A stretch of DNA of 53,397 nt from Planctomycetota bacterium. Its GTDB lineage: Bacteria > Planctomycetota > Planctomycetia > Pirellulales > Lacipirellulaceae. Below, piece by piece: positions 1 through 10,982 of this stretch (its first letter is position 1; each line of letters begins with the position of its first letter). The DNA lies in contig JBCCXZ010000021.1 of assembly GCA_039190745.1 (NCBI GenBank), forward strand, positions 1 to 53,397. The letters run 5' to 3'. The position numbers were made by a program, and so were the translations under genes. The notes beneath the pieces were generated by a model. The model searched no databases. It worked only from the letters and a program-made list of their open reading frames with translations, and was not told the origin of the DNA.

Positions 1-1216
1 TGATCGACCAGTAGACCATGTAGTCCCAGAGGATCTTGACCGGCATCACGGTTGGGTTGCCGAAGATGCCGTACTGGTCGCAGTAGGCCGACGCGGTGCC
101 GTAGTAGAACTTCTTGAAGACCTTGTCGTACGAGTACGCTCGGATGCGGTACTCGCGGCCGGTGAGGTCGCGGCGGATCAGGTCGGTCAGGAATGTGTTG
201 GCAAAGGCGATGAAGTCACTGCCCGGAGAGTAGAACGGGTCGTGGAAGAAGCCCGCCTCGCCGGTGATGCCCCACCGTTGGCCTGAGAAAACCTGTTTGC
301 ACTCGACGGCGTAGTGCTTGATGGCGCGGAAGTCTTGGATATCGTCGAGCCGGTCGCGAACGGCGGCGGCGCACTGCGGCTCGTGCTTCTCGAGCCAGGT
401 GACCGCCTTGTCCAGTGAGTTGATCATCGAGAGCGGGTGGTGCTTCTCGGACGCCACGATCCCCATGCTGGTCGAGCCGGACGCCAACGGGATGAGCCAG
501 ACCCAGTAGCCGTCGCCCATCAGGTGGTTGGTGCTGTACCAGCGCCCGGTCTTGCCCTCGTGGCCGGCCTGCCAGTTTGCGTCGTCGCACCAGTCGTCGA
601 CCTTGATGTGCTTCTTGAAGCGGAACCAAGCGGCGTTGCCCACGTGGGGCGAGGGCTTCGCCAGATCGAGTTTCCGCTTGATAAAAGCCCGCCGGCCGCT
701 GGCGTCGACCAACCACCGGGCGGAGAGCTCGCGTTGTGTTCCCTCGGTTGTATACCGGACCGTGTGGCCGCCGCGTCTGCCGCCGATGTCGAAATCGTCT
801 ACGGCGGCTTCCTGCCGGAACTGGATGCCCCGGTCTAAGCACTCGTCGGCGAGGTGATTCTCGAACCGCCCGCGGTCGATCTGGTAGCTCGGGCACGGGG
901 CGAACCGCTTGCCGCCCAGTTCCAGACGGTCTTCGATGCGTGAGTTGTCGCCGTTCGGGAAAAAGAACCGCAGGCCCAGTTTGGGGAGCTGCTGCTGGAG
1001 GATGTGCTCCCTCTGCCCCAGGATCTGGCCGAAGTAGTGGGCCCCGACCTCGACGGTCGATTCGCCTACCTTGAAGGCGGCTTCGGGCACGGGGTGCTTT
1101 CGCTTTTCCAAGACCGTAATGGAAGCGTCGGGCAGCTTAGACCGGAGCTGCATGGCAAGCGTGAGCCCGGCGAGCCCACCTCCCAGAATCGCGACGTCGG
1201 TTTTTTCGTGGTTCAT
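1..1216 (-). CDS. Flavin-dependent halogenase-like protein (paralog 2), 3' end truncated by window edge
   Basis: Not in ORF track because it has no stop in the window. Manual translation from ATG at 1216: [24 protein letters not shown] (GxGxxG)...[15 protein letters not shown]...[11 protein letters not shown]...[10 protein letters not shown]...GYWVWLIPL (WxWxIP)...[16 protein letters not shown]. Colinear with 1267..2892. Confidence 0.85.
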   Translation of the reverse strand, partial: MNHEKTDVAILGGGLAGLTLAMQLRSKLPDASITVLEKRKHPVPEAAFKVGESTVEVGAHYFGQILGQREHILQQQLPKLGLRFFFPNGDNSRIEDRLELGGKRFAPCPSYQIDRGRFENHLADECLDRGIQFRQEAAVDDFDIGGRRGGHTVRYTTEGTQRELSARWLVDASGRRAFIKRKLDLAKPSPHVGNAAWFRFKKHIKVDDWCDDANWQAGHEGKTGRWYSTNHLMGDGYWVWLIPLASGSTSMGIVASEKHHPLSMINSLDKAVTWLEKHEPQCAAAVRDRLDDIQDFRAIKHYAVECKQVFSGQRWGITGEAGFFHDPFYSPGSDFIAFANTFLTDLIRRDLTGREYRIRAYSYDKVFKKFYYGTASAYCDQYGIFGNPTVMPVKILWDYMVYWSI

Positions 1217-1266
1217 CGTAGCTTCCCGCTCTGATGGTGGGTTACTGCTTGGGCTGCGTAGGATTG

Positions 1267-2892
1267 CTAAATGCTGAGGACTTCAAACACGCGGTCGAGT
1301 CGGTGCTCGCGGGCCTGCACTTCCGGCAGGCTCTTGCCGACGGTTGGCTGAATTCGCCGGACGCGCGAAGCGATCTCCGCCATCAACTCGCGGATCAGGA
1401 TGACGTTCTCCGCAAAACGCTCCTTCAATGCCGCGTCCTCCAACGGCTCGCGGAGTTCCGCGTTGAGCCGGGTCATGAGCTCAATCTCGTTTTGATTGAC
1501 GAACGCGGCGTCCGCGGCCCCTTCCGGGTCGGCCTCGTGCCACTCGCGGAAGAACTCCTGCATCTTCAGGTTCATGTCGCGGATCTCTTCGATCCCCTTC
1601 GCGAGCGACTGGATGAAGCCAACGTCTGTGAGCTTGTCGTTGAAGTAGAGCAGCGCGGGGAAGCCCCAGTACACGGCGTAGTCCCAGACAAACTTCAGGG
1701 CCATGATCCGAGGATTGCCGAACAGCGGGTACTGGTCGCGGTACGTCAACAGGTTGTTGTGGAAGAGCGTGAGGAAGACGCTCTGCAGCGTCGGCGCGAG
1801 GTGCTGGATCGATCCGCCGGAGAGGTCTTCGTCGATCAAGCGGGTGATCATCGTGTTGCCGATCGCGATGAAGTCGCTGCCCGGCGAGTAGAAGGGGTCG
1901 AGGAACGCGGCCGCTTCGCCGGTTAGGGCCCAGCGGTCGGTCGAGTAGACCTGCCGAGTGCCCCGCGACATGTTCTTGATGGCTAGGAAGTCTTGCATGC
2001 CGTCGCGGTGTGGGAGAACCGCTTGGGCGCACTCGGGTTCGTGCTGTTCGAGCCAGGCGAGTGACTTCTCGAAGCTGTTGATGGTGTTCAGGGGGTGGAT
2101 GCGCGGGTCGGTCACGATGCCGATGCTGGTGGAGCCCGTCGCCAGCGGGATCAACCACACCCAGTAGCCCTCGCCCATCAGGTGGTTGGTGCTGAGCCAG
2201 CGGCGGGGCACCTTGCCGGTCAGGGTCTTCCAGTCGTTGTCGTCGCACCAGTTGTCGACTTGGATCGTCGCGTCGATACGGAACCAGGCCGCGTTGATGT
2301 CGTGTTCGAGGTCTTCTTCGAGTGCGAGCTTGCGCTTGAGGAAGCTCGCCCGGCCCGAGGCGTCGACGACCCAGCGGCAACGGAGCGAGGCCTCGGCGCC
2401 GTCTCGGGTGAAGACGACTCGGTGGTCGGACGGTTCGTCGCCCGCCTCGGCGGACTCGAGGACGACTTCGCGGAGGCGTGCGCCGTCGACGACTTCGGCG
2501 CCCATCTCGGCGACGGTCTCGGCCAAGAAGTTCTCTAGGCGTCCGCGGTCGACCTGGTAGCTCGGCGACGAGAAGAATTCGCTGCCGCCGACTTCGGTGC
2601 CCTCGGCAAGTGACTGGTGGGGCCGCTTGAAGAAGAAACGGAGGCCGAACTTCGGCAGTTGCTGCTCGGTGAGGTGCTTTTTGAGCTTGAGTTGTTCGCC
2701 GAAGTAGTGGGCGCCGATCTCGACGGTCGACTCGCCCACCTTGTGGGTCGTTTCGGAAACCGGGAAGCAGCGTTTCTCAAGAACCGCGATGCGTGCGTCG
2801 GGGCGTTTCATCAGGAGCTGCTTGCAGAGCGTCAGCCCCGCTAAGCCCCCGCCGAGGATGACGACGTCGTAGTGGTTATTGCTGGCGATCAT
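1267..2892 (-). CDS. Flavin-dependent halogenase-like protein (paralog 1)
   Basis: GGGLAG FAD motif, KVGES, LPKFG (candidate catalytic Lys), GYWVWLIPL halogenase motif, [14 protein letters not shown]. Start overlaps the PKS stop (ATGA coupling). Confidence 0.85.
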   Translation of the reverse strand: MIASNNHYDVVILGGGLAGLTLCKQLLMKRPDARIAVLEKRCFPVSETTHKVGESTVEIGAHYFGEQLKLKKHLTEQQLPKFGLRFFFKRPHQSLAEGTEVGGSEFFSSPSYQVDRGRLENFLAETVAEMGAEVVDGARLREVVLESAEAGDEPSDHRVVFTRDGAEASLRCRWVVDASGRASFLKRKLALEEDLEHDINAAWFRIDATIQVDNWCDDNDWKTLTGKVPRRWLSTNHLMGEGYWVWLIPLATGSTSIGIVTDPRIHPLNTINSFEKSLAWLEQHEPECAQAVLPHRDGMQDFLAIKNMSRGTRQVYSTDRWALTGEAAAFLDPFYSPGSDFIAIGNTMITRLIDEDLSGGSIQHLAPTLQSVFLTLFHNNLLTYRDQYPLFGNPRIMALKFVWDYAVYWGFPALLYFNDKLTDVGFIQSLAKGIEEIRDMNLKMQEFFREWHEADPEGAADAAFVNQNEIELMTRLNAELREPLEDAALKERFAENVILIRELMAEIASRVRRIQPTVGKSLPEVQAREHRLDRVFEVLSI

Positions 2893-5800
2893 CGGTCTGC
2901 GTTTCCGTGGACGAGCGTAGCGGGTTGGTCGTCGGCGTCTTGTGGTATCTCGGTGATCCAGTACCGCTTTTTCTGGAAGCGGTAAGTCGGCAGGCTCAGT
3001 TTCTTGCGAGGCCGCCCTCCGGAAAGGGCGCCAAACTCGGGGGCGGCGCCGATTTCGTAGAGCATTGCTAGGCTCTGCAGCATCGACTCAACGACACCCG
3101 CGGACTCGTCGGCGGCCGTCAGCCAGGCAGGCCCGTCGGCGGCTCTGCTCTCTTCAACTTCATTGCCCTCGTCAACTCTACGGCCGCCGAAACTAAGCAC
3201 CGCTTCGCAATCTGCTTCTCCGACCAAGCGGTACGCCGCGTCGACCTTCGGATCGGCGGACAGGTGGCGGCGCCAGTAACCGCCCGCCGGGGATCGGTGC
3301 ACAGGCACGATCTCGCCGTCGATGCTGCAAACCAGCGGCAGATTTGGCGGGTAGTAGTTGAAAGTATCGGCCAACGCCTCGAAACGGTCTATGTCGGCTT
3401 GTATTTCTGCGGGGAGCTCGCCTTCGTTGGGGATGGCCCCAGCAGTTGCGGCGAGCCGCTCGCGTACCGCGTCCCGCTCGTGAACAAGGACCCAAGCGTC
3501 GGTGTCGCTGAGGCAGCCGGCCACAGAGGCCGCGGCAAACTGGCCGACACCGACGCCCATAGCGAGTTCGGGCTCGATACCCCAGCTGCGCCAGACCCGG
3601 GCGAGCCCGGCCATGACGCAAAACGTCAGATGCTCTGACGGCAACGATTCACTATCGCTCTCAAACCAGGCCGTGAGCTTGAGGGCCACTTGGTCGTGCT
3701 CGGCGAGCCGTTGGTCAAACTCCCCGACCATCTCCCGGAAGACCGACTCGGCGCTGTACAAGGCCCTGGCGGTTTCGGGTGCGTGGGACTCGCGGCCGTC
3801 GAAGACCCAGCCGATCTTCGGTGCCGACCGGTGATAGCGTGCCTTTGAAGGGGCGGCGGCGCTCCCGTTCGCATGGAGCCGACCGTTGCCGTTGGCCAGC
3901 GAGTGGACAACGCCGTTGGCGCCCGGGGTGGCTTCGCCGGAAAGGCGTCCGAGTTGCTCGGCCGCGTCTTCCAGAGAAGAGACAACGAGCCCGGCTCGGT
4001 ATTCGAAATGCCGCCGGCCGATGCCGAGTGTGTGGCACACGTCGGCAATCGACAGTTCGGGGCGGCCTAAGAGAGAGTCGCGGTAAGATGATGCCAGTTG
4101 TTGCAGCGACGTCTCGCTGCGGGCGCTCACCGGCAGCAGGTAGGCGAGCGGCTTGCTGGCCCGAGAATCAGGCTTAGGGCGCTGATCATCCGACGGGGCA
4201 GGGGGGCCGCTGACAATCACGTGAGCATTTGTCCCGACGAGCCCCAGCGCGGTGACCGCAGCGGTGCGCTGTTCTGCTTCGGGCCATGCGGTCTGTTCGC
4301 TCACCACTCTCAGAGGCAGACGTGACCACGGCACGTGCGGGCTCGGCTCTTCGAAGTGCAGTTGACCGGGAATCACGCCGTGGTGCAGCGCGAGCACGGT
4401 CTTGATCAAGCCCGACACGCCGCCGGCGGCTTCCAGGTGGCTGATGTTGGCTTTGACCGAACCGACCAGCAGCGGAGCATCCGGCTGCCGCCCTTTGCCG
4501 TACACCGAAGCGGCCGCTGCCAGTTCCATGGGGTCGCCATACTCGGTGCCCGTGCCGTGGGCCTCTAGGTACTGCACCTGCGACGGCGCGACACCGGCGT
4601 CTCTCAAAGCTTCTCCGATAACGCGCCCCTGCGCCTTACCGCTGGGTGTGGTGATGCCCCCGCTGAATCCGTTGTGGACCACGGCGCCGCCGCGGACGAC
4701 GGCCATGATGCGGTCGCCGTCGCGCTGCGCGTCTCCGAGCCGCTTCAGCACGACCACGCCGCAGCCTTCGCCGCGGCCGAAGCCATCCGCAGAAGCCGAG
4801 AACGACTTGCAGCGGCCATCCGGCGAGAGCAGCTGGGCTTTCGACATCAGCAGCGAGTTGACCGGAGCTAGGATCGCGTTCACCCCGCCCGCTAAGGCCA
4901 TGTTGCAGTTTCCGTCCTGCAGACTGCGGACCGCCTGGTAGAGCGCCACCAGCGAACTGCTGCTCGCGGTATCGACCGCGATGCTAGGCCCCTCGAAGCC
5001 GAAGGCGTAGCTGATCCGCCCAACCCCTGCGCTGTGCGACAGCCCGGCGCCCTGGAACGCGCGGATGATGTGCTCGTCGTCCAGGCTGGGGAGGAACGCG
5101 TAGTCCTGGCCCATGATGCCCATGAACACGCCGACATTGGCGTCTTCAAGCGGGTACGACGCAACGCCCGCGTCCTCCAGTGCCCGGTGGCTGTTTTCAA
5201 GCAGCATGCGGTGCTGCGGGTCGATCCAGCACGCCTCGTTCTCGGGGATGTTGAAGAACCCCGCGTCGAAGTCGCCGATGTCCTCCAGGAACCCGCCTTC
5301 GCGGGTGTACATCTTCCCGGGCTCGGCGTCGCTGCTGAAGAAACGGTCGGTGTCCCAGCGGTCGTCGGGTATCTCGCGTACCGAATCAACGCCGTTGAGG
5401 AGGTTCTGCCAGAACTGGTCTAGGTCCTCGGCCCCGGGGAACCTGCATGCCATGCCAATAATCGCCACGTCTTCCCGAGCGGCGATCGGCTTGGGTTCGG
5501 CAGGCGGTTGGTCGGATTCTGCCGAAGTGGGCTCGCTCTCGCCTGTGGCAGCAACCAGTTCTTGGACGTGGTCGGCGATCGCGTCGATCGTTGGGTGGTC
5601 GAACAGCATCGTTGGGCCCACCGCGAATTGGTCGCCCAGCATCTGCTGTAGCTCGGCGCCGAATTCGACGGCCATCAGCGAGTCGAGGCCCATCTCGATC
5701 AGGGGCCGATCCGTCTCCGGCTTGTCGGCGGTCGAGAGGATACCTGCGAGCGAGTCTTGGATTGTTTTGACGAGAAGGTCTTTCTTGGCTGCTCCCTTCA

Positions 5801-8800
5801 GGCTGCGGAGCTGGAGCACCAACGCCGAATCGGCGGCCTTCGATTGCCTCTGCCGCGGCGTGACCTCCGCCAACAGCGGCGGCGACTCGCCCACGAGGCC
5901 GCGCTGCATCCGCCGCCAGTCGGCGTCGATGACCGTGGCCTGGGCGGCGCCGCTGTCCAGCAGCCGCTGCAGGGTGTTGTGCGCGTCTTCGACCGAAAGC
6001 GCCGTGATGCCCTGCATCGCAAGCCGCTTGGCGATCCGTTCGTCGTCGGCCATGCCGAGCGTCCAGGGACCCCAGTTGATGCTCAGGCACGGCAGCCCCT
6101 CGGCCCGCCGCTGCCAGGCGAGCCCGTCGAGGTAGGCGTTCGCTGTGGCGTAGTTGCTCTGGCCGGGAGAACCGAGCACCGACGCGGCGGACGAGTAGAG
6201 CACGAAGAAGTCGAGGTCTTCGTCACGCGTGTATTGGTCGAGCAGCCTTGCTCCGGTGATCTTGGGAGCGAGCACCTTCTCGAAACGCTCCCATGTTTGA
6301 TCACCCAGCAAAGCATCGTCGAGGACCCCAGCCGCGTGGATCACGCCGGCCAGCGGCAACAGGTCGTCGCCGAAGCGGCCGATCAACGCCCTCACCTGGT
6401 CGGCGTCGCCCATGTCTGCGTTGTGCACGACCACCTCACACCCGTTGCGGCGGAGCTGGTCGAGTAGTTCCGCGGTCTCTTCTGCAGGCTCCCGACGCGA
6501 GACGAGCACGACTTGCTCAGCGCCGTTGCCGGCCAGCCACGCCGCGGCTTCGCGGCCCAGCATGCCGAGGCCGCCGGTGATCAGGTAGGCCGCACCGGCC
6601 TTTGGCCCGTTAGAAGCTTCTGTCGCCCGTTGGAGGTTAGTCCGTTGCAGCCGGGCTGTGAGCAGCTGCTGGTCGCGAAGAGCAAACTGGCTGTCGTGCG
6701 TCTCGGTGAGCAGCAGGTCCGTCACTCTCTCGGCAGATGTACCGGGGTTTGCGTCACCCGCGCTCAGGTCTACTAACCGGCACCGCAGCCCCGGTTCCTC
6801 GGCGCCGATAACCCGACCAAGACCCCAGTACTGCGTCTGCTCGGGGAATGGTAAGTCGTCGGCCTCGGCGGCGACCCCGCCGGTAGTCACCAGCGTGAGG
6901 CCGCATTCGAGCCGCCGCTGGCCCTGAGCTTGCAACGCGCTGATGAGGTTTAGCAATCCGGAGCAGTGAACCTTGGCGTCCCCCCACGGATCGTCGGAAC
7001 GAACCGCTTTGCCGCCGCAGCACCACACAATTCCGTCAATCGAACCGCCGGGTTCCGAACTGCCCGCGACCAATTGATTCCAATGCTCAGCCGACTCCGG
7101 GCAAACACAGAACTTCGACTCGTTGTGAGTGAAATCCTCGCCGGTTAGCATCTGAACCGACCGGACCGAGTGCCCCCGAGCGGCGAGTTGCTCGGCAACA
7201 AGACCTGGGAAGGCCTCTTCGGTCCCGCCTTGGGAAACGACGAGCCACCGTGTCGGCTCTTGGGTTTCGGCGCCCAAGCGGAAGGGCTGCCAGTCGACGT
7301 GGTACGTCAAGCCGGCCGAAGACGCGCCGCTCATCCGACGGAGCACCGCCCGATCGACGCGTTGCACTTCCAGGCCCAACACCTCGACGCACAACTGGCC
7401 GGCCTCGTTGTAGAGCCGGATGTCGGCTTTCCGGGCGCTCTCCTCGCCTGCCCGCCAGACGCCGTGGCACCAGAGGTTGCCCTCGGGCCGTTCGAGCACC
7501 GCGAGGCGTTCGATCTTCACCGGCAGTGGCAGGCTGTCGTTGTCGTCGTCTACAAGCAGCCCCGCCGCCATCGCGTGCAGAGCCCCGTCGAGCAGCGTCG
7601 GCGGCACGCGGTAGCCGCGTAGGTCGCCTTTGACGCTCATTTGGGCGAGCACTTCGTCTTCGCTGTAACGCAGCGAGTCGATCACCTGGAACGCCGGGCC
7701 GTACTCGAGGTCGAGTCCAGCGAGCCGCGCGTAGAACTCAGCGGCGTCGGCGGAGCGTGGGCACCTCACTTCGATCTGCTCCCGGTCGAGCGGCACGCGA
7801 GCGGGGGCGGCGTCGGCCGGTGGCGCGGTGACCAGCGTCGCTGTGAAGTGGCGGTTCCAGGCCCCGCTGTTCGCGGCCGACGAGTAGCACTCCAACCGCC
7901 GTTCGCCGTCTACGGTCTTCAAAACTGTCTGCAGTGCTGTGCGGGAAGTCGGGGTAAGCGGCTGCTCGAACACCGCCTGTGCGACCGCCCCCGACCCCGA
8001 GTCCGCGGCGGCGAGGGCCATTTCAAGGTAGGCGGCGCCGGGCACCACGGTGTTGCCCATCACGCGGTGGTCCGGCAGCCACGGCGGGCCGTCCGGCTCG
8101 ACGAAGCCCTCGTAGCGGGTTTCGTTGCTGACTCCCGCCAGCGACACCTCCGCACCCAGCAACGGGTGGGCCGTGTGGAATTCGGCGTGCGCCGCACGGG
8201 GCTTGTCGGGCCCCCAGAACCGTCGGCGTTGGAACGGGTAGGTCGGCAGCAGCACCCGCTGCCGATCGCTGCCCGCATACAGCCGGTCGAAGTCGGGCGA
8301 CTCGCCCTGAACGTGCAGGCGGGCCAAAGCGTGCAACAGGGCTTGCTCGTCGTCGACCCCTCGGTCGAGGCAGTTCACCAGTGCGTCGGCTTGCCCGCGC
8401 CAACCCGCAGCGGCCATCCGTGTGAGCGTCGACTGCGGGCCGAGTTCTAGAACCAGTCCGCACCCCAGTTCCTGCACGGCCTCAAGCCCGGCCGCGTACT
8501 GAACCGGCTCGCGGATGTGGCGGGCCCAGTACTCGCCGCTGAACCGGAAGTCGGCCGGCAACGCCTCGCCCGTGACGTTACAGACCAGCGGGATCGCTGC
8601 CCCGGCGTACTCGACCGTGTCGGCCACCGCCTGGAACGGCGCCAACGCCGGGTCCATCAGCGAAGAGTGGAAGGCGTGTGAAGTGGTGAGCGGCTTCGAG
8701 CGGACACCGGCCTCGGTGAGGCGTGTCGCGGCCTGATCAACGGCTTCGGCCGGACCAGAGACCACCGCGTGCGTGCCGTTCAAAGCGGCCAGTGAGAGCG

Positions 8801-10934
8801 CCGGGTTGTTTTCCAGCTCGCCGCGTGCGGCGTCGGCCGACCCGAACACGGCAAGCATCTTCCCGCCCGGGGGCAGATCGCCGATCAGTCGGCCGCGTTC
8901 GCTGATCAGCCGCAGCCCGTCCTCCCACGGTATGACGCCCGCTACGCACGCCGCGGCGTACTGGCCGACACTGTGGCCCATCACCGCGTCGGGCTGCAGG
9001 CCCCAATGCTGCAGCAGATTGGCCAGTCCCATTTGCACCGCGAAGATTGCCGGTTGGGTCCAGCTGGTGTGATTCACCAGATCGGGGTCTTCGAACAGCA
9101 CCTTCGTCAGAGACTCGCCGCGCCAGTCTTGCAGCAGGCTTTCACAGGAGTCGATCGCCTCGCGGAACACCGGCTGACTGGCGTAGAGCCCTCGGCCCAT
9201 GCCCACGAACTGCGAACCCTGCCCGGTGAATTGCCACGCAACCTTGGGGCGACGGCGTCCTTTGCCGAGCACGGCGTGATCGCTGCGAGCACCCCGGGCG
9301 AGAGACTTCAGCGCGTCGACGGCCTCGGACCGGCTGCGGACTACGATCGCTGCCCGTTCGTCGAGGTGCGACCGTCCGACGCACGAGGTGTACGCCGCGT
9401 CGGCAAGCAACGTGGCGGAGTCCCCGCCGAGAGAGTCTGCGTAGCGTTCGGCGAGCTCTTCCAAGGCAGTGGCACTGACGCCGCTTAGTAGGAGCAACTC
9501 GGGCGACGCGCCGCTGCCCTGCATGGCCGTCCCGTTCACCCGCGCCCGACCCGGCGAGGTCGGGGCCGCCTCGACGACGACGTGGGCATTGGTGCCGCTC
9601 ATACCGAACGCGCTGACGCCCGCCAGCCGCGGCGCGGCGTCCGGCCACGCGGTCTGCTCGGTAACCACCTCAACCGGCAGGCGTTCCCAGGGGATGTGGG
9701 GGTTGGGCGTCTCGAAGTTGAGCTGCGGCGGGATCGACCCCTTCTCGAGCGACAGCAGGGTTTTGATCAGCCCCGCCATCCCGGCTGCCGCTTCGAGGTG
9801 GCCGATGTTGGTCTTCACCGATCCAATCAACAGCGGGTTCTTCGCGTCACGCCCGCCGGCGAGCGCCGCGCCGGCGGCCTGCACCTCGATCGGGTCGCCC
9901 AACTCGGTTCCGGTGCCGTGTGCTTCGAGGTAGGCCACGTCCGTGGCCGCAACGCCGGCGCGTGACAACGCCTCGCGGATTACCGCTTCCTGTGCCTTCG
10001 GGTTGGGCGCGGTAAGCCCGCTGCTGAAGCCGTTGTGCCCGACGGCGGAACCGCGGATGACGCCGACGATGGGATCGCCGTCGCGCTGGGCGTCTGCCAA
10101 GCGGCGTAGAGTGACCACGCCGCAGCCCTCGCCGCGCAGGTATCCGTCGGCGGCCGCGTCGAACGCGCGGGAGTGCCCGTGCGGAGAGAGGGCTTTCAGC
10201 TTGCACGTGAGGATGTTCGTGGTGGGCGACACTATCGCGTTCACCCCTCCTGCGAGTGCCCGGTCGCACTCCCCGCGGAGCAGGCTCTGGCAGGCCAAGT
10301 GCAGGGCCACCAGCGACGACGAGCAGGCCGTGTCGATCGCCACGCTCGGCCCGTTCAACCCCAAGTAGTAGGCGAGCCTGCCGCACAGAAAGCTCCCCGC
10401 GGCGCCCGTGGCGATGTACGGGTTGAGGTTCAGGAACGAATCGCTTGCTTCGTTTTGGTAGTCGTTGTGCATCCAGCCGACAAACACCCCGGTCCGCTCG
10501 CCGATCTGTTCCGGTCTCCAGGCGGCCCGCTCCAAAGCCTCCCACCCCGCTTCCATCAAGAGCCGTTGCTGCGGGTCGACCCAAGTCGCTTCCCTTGGCG
10601 AGATGCCAAAGAACTCGGGGTCCATCCGGTCGAGCCCTTCCAAGAACACGCCCCGCCGGGCGTACATCTTGCCGGGGGCTTCCGGGTCTTCGTCGTAAAA
10701 GGCGTCGAGCTCCCACCGGTCGTCGGGAATGTCGCTCGGTTGCTCGGTCCTCTCGACTAGCGATTGCCAAAACGCCTCGGGGCTATCGGACCGGCGCGGG
10801 AAGCGGCAGGCCATCGACACCACGGCGATCGGCCCGCCGCCCGACTCCAGCTCCGCAAGCCGCTGCTTGAGCTCGCGTATCTTCAGCAGGGCTTGCTTGG
10901 CAGGGGAGAGCGGCGTTTGCGGAGAGTCGGTCAT
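2889..10934 (-). CDS. Type I polyketide synthase, docking-KS-AT-DH-KR-ACP-KS(Cys->Ser)-AT(inactive)
   Basis: KS1 DTACSSS/HGTGT/NIGH; AT1 GHSVG and HAFHS (malonyl type); DH HPLLG, HRVMGNTVVP, DGALH; KR TGGLGMLG, HAAGVLDD, YATAN; ACP GLDSL; KS2 DTASSSS/HGTGT/NISH; AT2 GVGVG in place of GHSxG; ends with LPTYRFQKKRYW linker and has no ACP or TE after it. Confidence 0.95.
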   Translation of the reverse strand: MTDSPQTPLSPAKQALLKIRELKQRLAELESGGGPIAVVSMACRFPRRSDSPEAFWQSLVERTEQPSDIPDDRWELDAFYDEDPEAPGKMYARRGVFLEGLDRMDPEFFGISPREATWVDPQQRLLMEAGWEALERAAWRPEQIGERTGVFVGWMHNDYQNEASDSFLNLNPYIATGAAGSFLCGRLAYYLGLNGPSVAIDTACSSSLVALHLACQSLLRGECDRALAGGVNAIVSPTTNILTCKLKALSPHGHSRAFDAAADGYLRGEGCGVVTLRRLADAQRDGDPIVGVIRGSAVGHNGFSSGLTAPNPKAQEAVIREALSRAGVAATDVAYLEAHGTGTELGDPIEVQAAGAALAGGRDAKNPLLIGSVKTNIGHLEAAAGMAGLIKTLLSLEKGSIPPQLNFETPNPHIPWERLPVEVVTEQTAWPDAAPRLAGVSAFGMSGTNAHVVVEAAPTSPGRARVNGTAMQGSGASPELLLLSGVSATALEELAERYADSLGGDSATLLADAAYTSCVGRSHLDERAAIVVRSRSEAVDALKSLARGARSDHAVLGKGRRRPKVAWQFTGQGSQFVGMGRGLYASQPVFREAIDSCESLLQDWRGESLTKVLFEDPDLVNHTSWTQPAIFAVQMGLANLLQHWGLQPDAVMGHSVGQYAAACVAGVIPWEDGLRLISERGRLIGDLPPGGKMLAVFGSADAARGELENNPALSLAALNGTHAVVSGPAEAVDQAATRLTEAGVRSKPLTTSHAFHSSLMDPALAPFQAVADTVEYAGAAIPLVCNVTGEALPADFRFSGEYWARHIREPVQYAAGLEAVQELGCGLVLELGPQSTLTRMAAAGWRGQADALVNCLDRGVDDEQALLHALARLHVQGESPDFDRLYAGSDRQRVLLPTYPFQRRRFWGPDKPRAAHAEFHTAHPLLGAEVSLAGVSNETRYEGFVEPDGPPWLPDHRVMGNTVVPGAAYLEMALAAADSGSGAVAQAVFEQPLTPTSRTALQTVLKTVDGERRLECYSSAANSGAWNRHFTATLVTAPPADAAPARVPLDREQIEVRCPRSADAAEFYARLAGLDLEYGPAFQVIDSLRYSEDEVLAQMSVKGDLRGYRVPPTLLDGALHAMAAGLLVDDDNDSLPLPVKIERLAVLERPEGNLWCHGVWRAGEESARKADIRLYNEAGQLCVEVLGLEVQRVDRAVLRRMSGASSAGLTYHVDWQPFRLGAETQEPTRWLVVSQGGTEEAFPGLVAEQLAARGHSVRSVQMLTGEDFTHNESKFCVCPESAEHWNQLVAGSSEPGGSIDGIVWCCGGKAVRSDDPWGDAKVHCSGLLNLISALQAQGQRRLECGLTLVTTGGVAAEADDLPFPEQTQYWGLGRVIGAEEPGLRCRLVDLSAGDANPGTSAERVTDLLLTETHDSQFALRDQQLLTARLQRTNLQRATEASNGPKAGAAYLITGGLGMLGREAAAWLAGNGAEQVVLVSRREPAEETAELLDQLRRNGCEVVVHNADMGDADQVRALIGRFGDDLLPLAGVIHAAGVLDDALLGDQTWERFEKVLAPKITGARLLDQYTRDEDLDFFVLYSSAASVLGSPGQSNYATANAYLDGLAWQRRAEGLPCLSINWGPWTLGMADDERIAKRLAMQGITALSVEDAHNTLQRLLDSGAAQATVIDADWRRMQRGLVGESPPLLAEVTPRQRQSKAADSALVLQLRSLKGAAKKDLLVKTIQDSLAGILSTADKPETDRPLIEMGLDSLMAVEFGAELQQMLGDQFAVGPTMLFDHPTIDAIADHVQELVAATGESEPTSAESDQPPAEPKPIAAREDVAIIGMACRFPGAEDLDQFWQNLLNGVDSVREIPDDRWDTDRFFSSDAEPGKMYTREGGFLEDIGDFDAGFFNIPENEACWIDPQHRMLLENSHRALEDAGVASYPLEDANVGVFMGIMGQDYAFLPSLDDEHIIRAFQGAGLSHSAGVGRISYAFGFEGPSIAVDTASSSSLVALYQAVRSLQDGNCNMALAGGVNAILAPVNSLLMSKAQLLSPDGRCKSFSASADGFGRGEGCGVVVLKRLGDAQRDGDRIMAVVRGGAVVHNGFSGGITTPSGKAQGRVIGEALRDAGVAPSQVQYLEAHGTGTEYGDPMELAAAASVYGKGRQPDAPLLVGSVKANISHLEAAGGVSGLIKTVLALHHGVIPGQLHFEEPSPHVPWSRLPLRVVSEQTAWPEAEQRTAAVTALGLVGTNAHVIVSGPPAPSDDQRPKPDSRASKPLAYLLPVSARSETSLQQLASSYRDSLLGRPELSIADVCHTLGIGRRHFEYRAGLVVSSLEDAAEQLGRLSGEATPGANGVVHSLANGNGRLHANGSAAAPSKARYHRSAPKIGWVFDGRESHAPETARALYSAESVFREMVGEFDQRLAEHDQVALKLTAWFESDSESLPSEHLTFCVMAGLARVWRSWGIEPELAMGVGVGQFAAASVAGCLSDTDAWVLVHERDAVRERLAATAGAIPNEGELPAEIQADIDRFEALADTFNYYPPNLPLVCSIDGEIVPVHRSPAGGYWRRHLSADPKVDAAYRLVGEADCEAVLSFGGRRVDEGNEVEESRAADGPAWLTAADESAGVVESMLQSLAMLYEIGAAPEFGALSGGRPRKKLSLPTYRFQKKRYWITEIPQDADDQPATLVHGNADR

Positions 10935-10982
10935 AGACGGTGTTGCGTTGTCGAAGCCGCACAGCGGGGCGGCGCGAGCGGC

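Noticed and set aside
216..896. 226-aa minus-strand ORF in the track
   Set aside because: Arg/Pro-rich off-frame shadow of the real halogenase frame starting at 1216.
1267..2892. Calling the halogenases tryptophan halogenases (prnA/rebH)
   Set aside because: They lack the GGGTAGW and ATFKLGI-type signatures, and the context points to an aryl-polyketide substrate.
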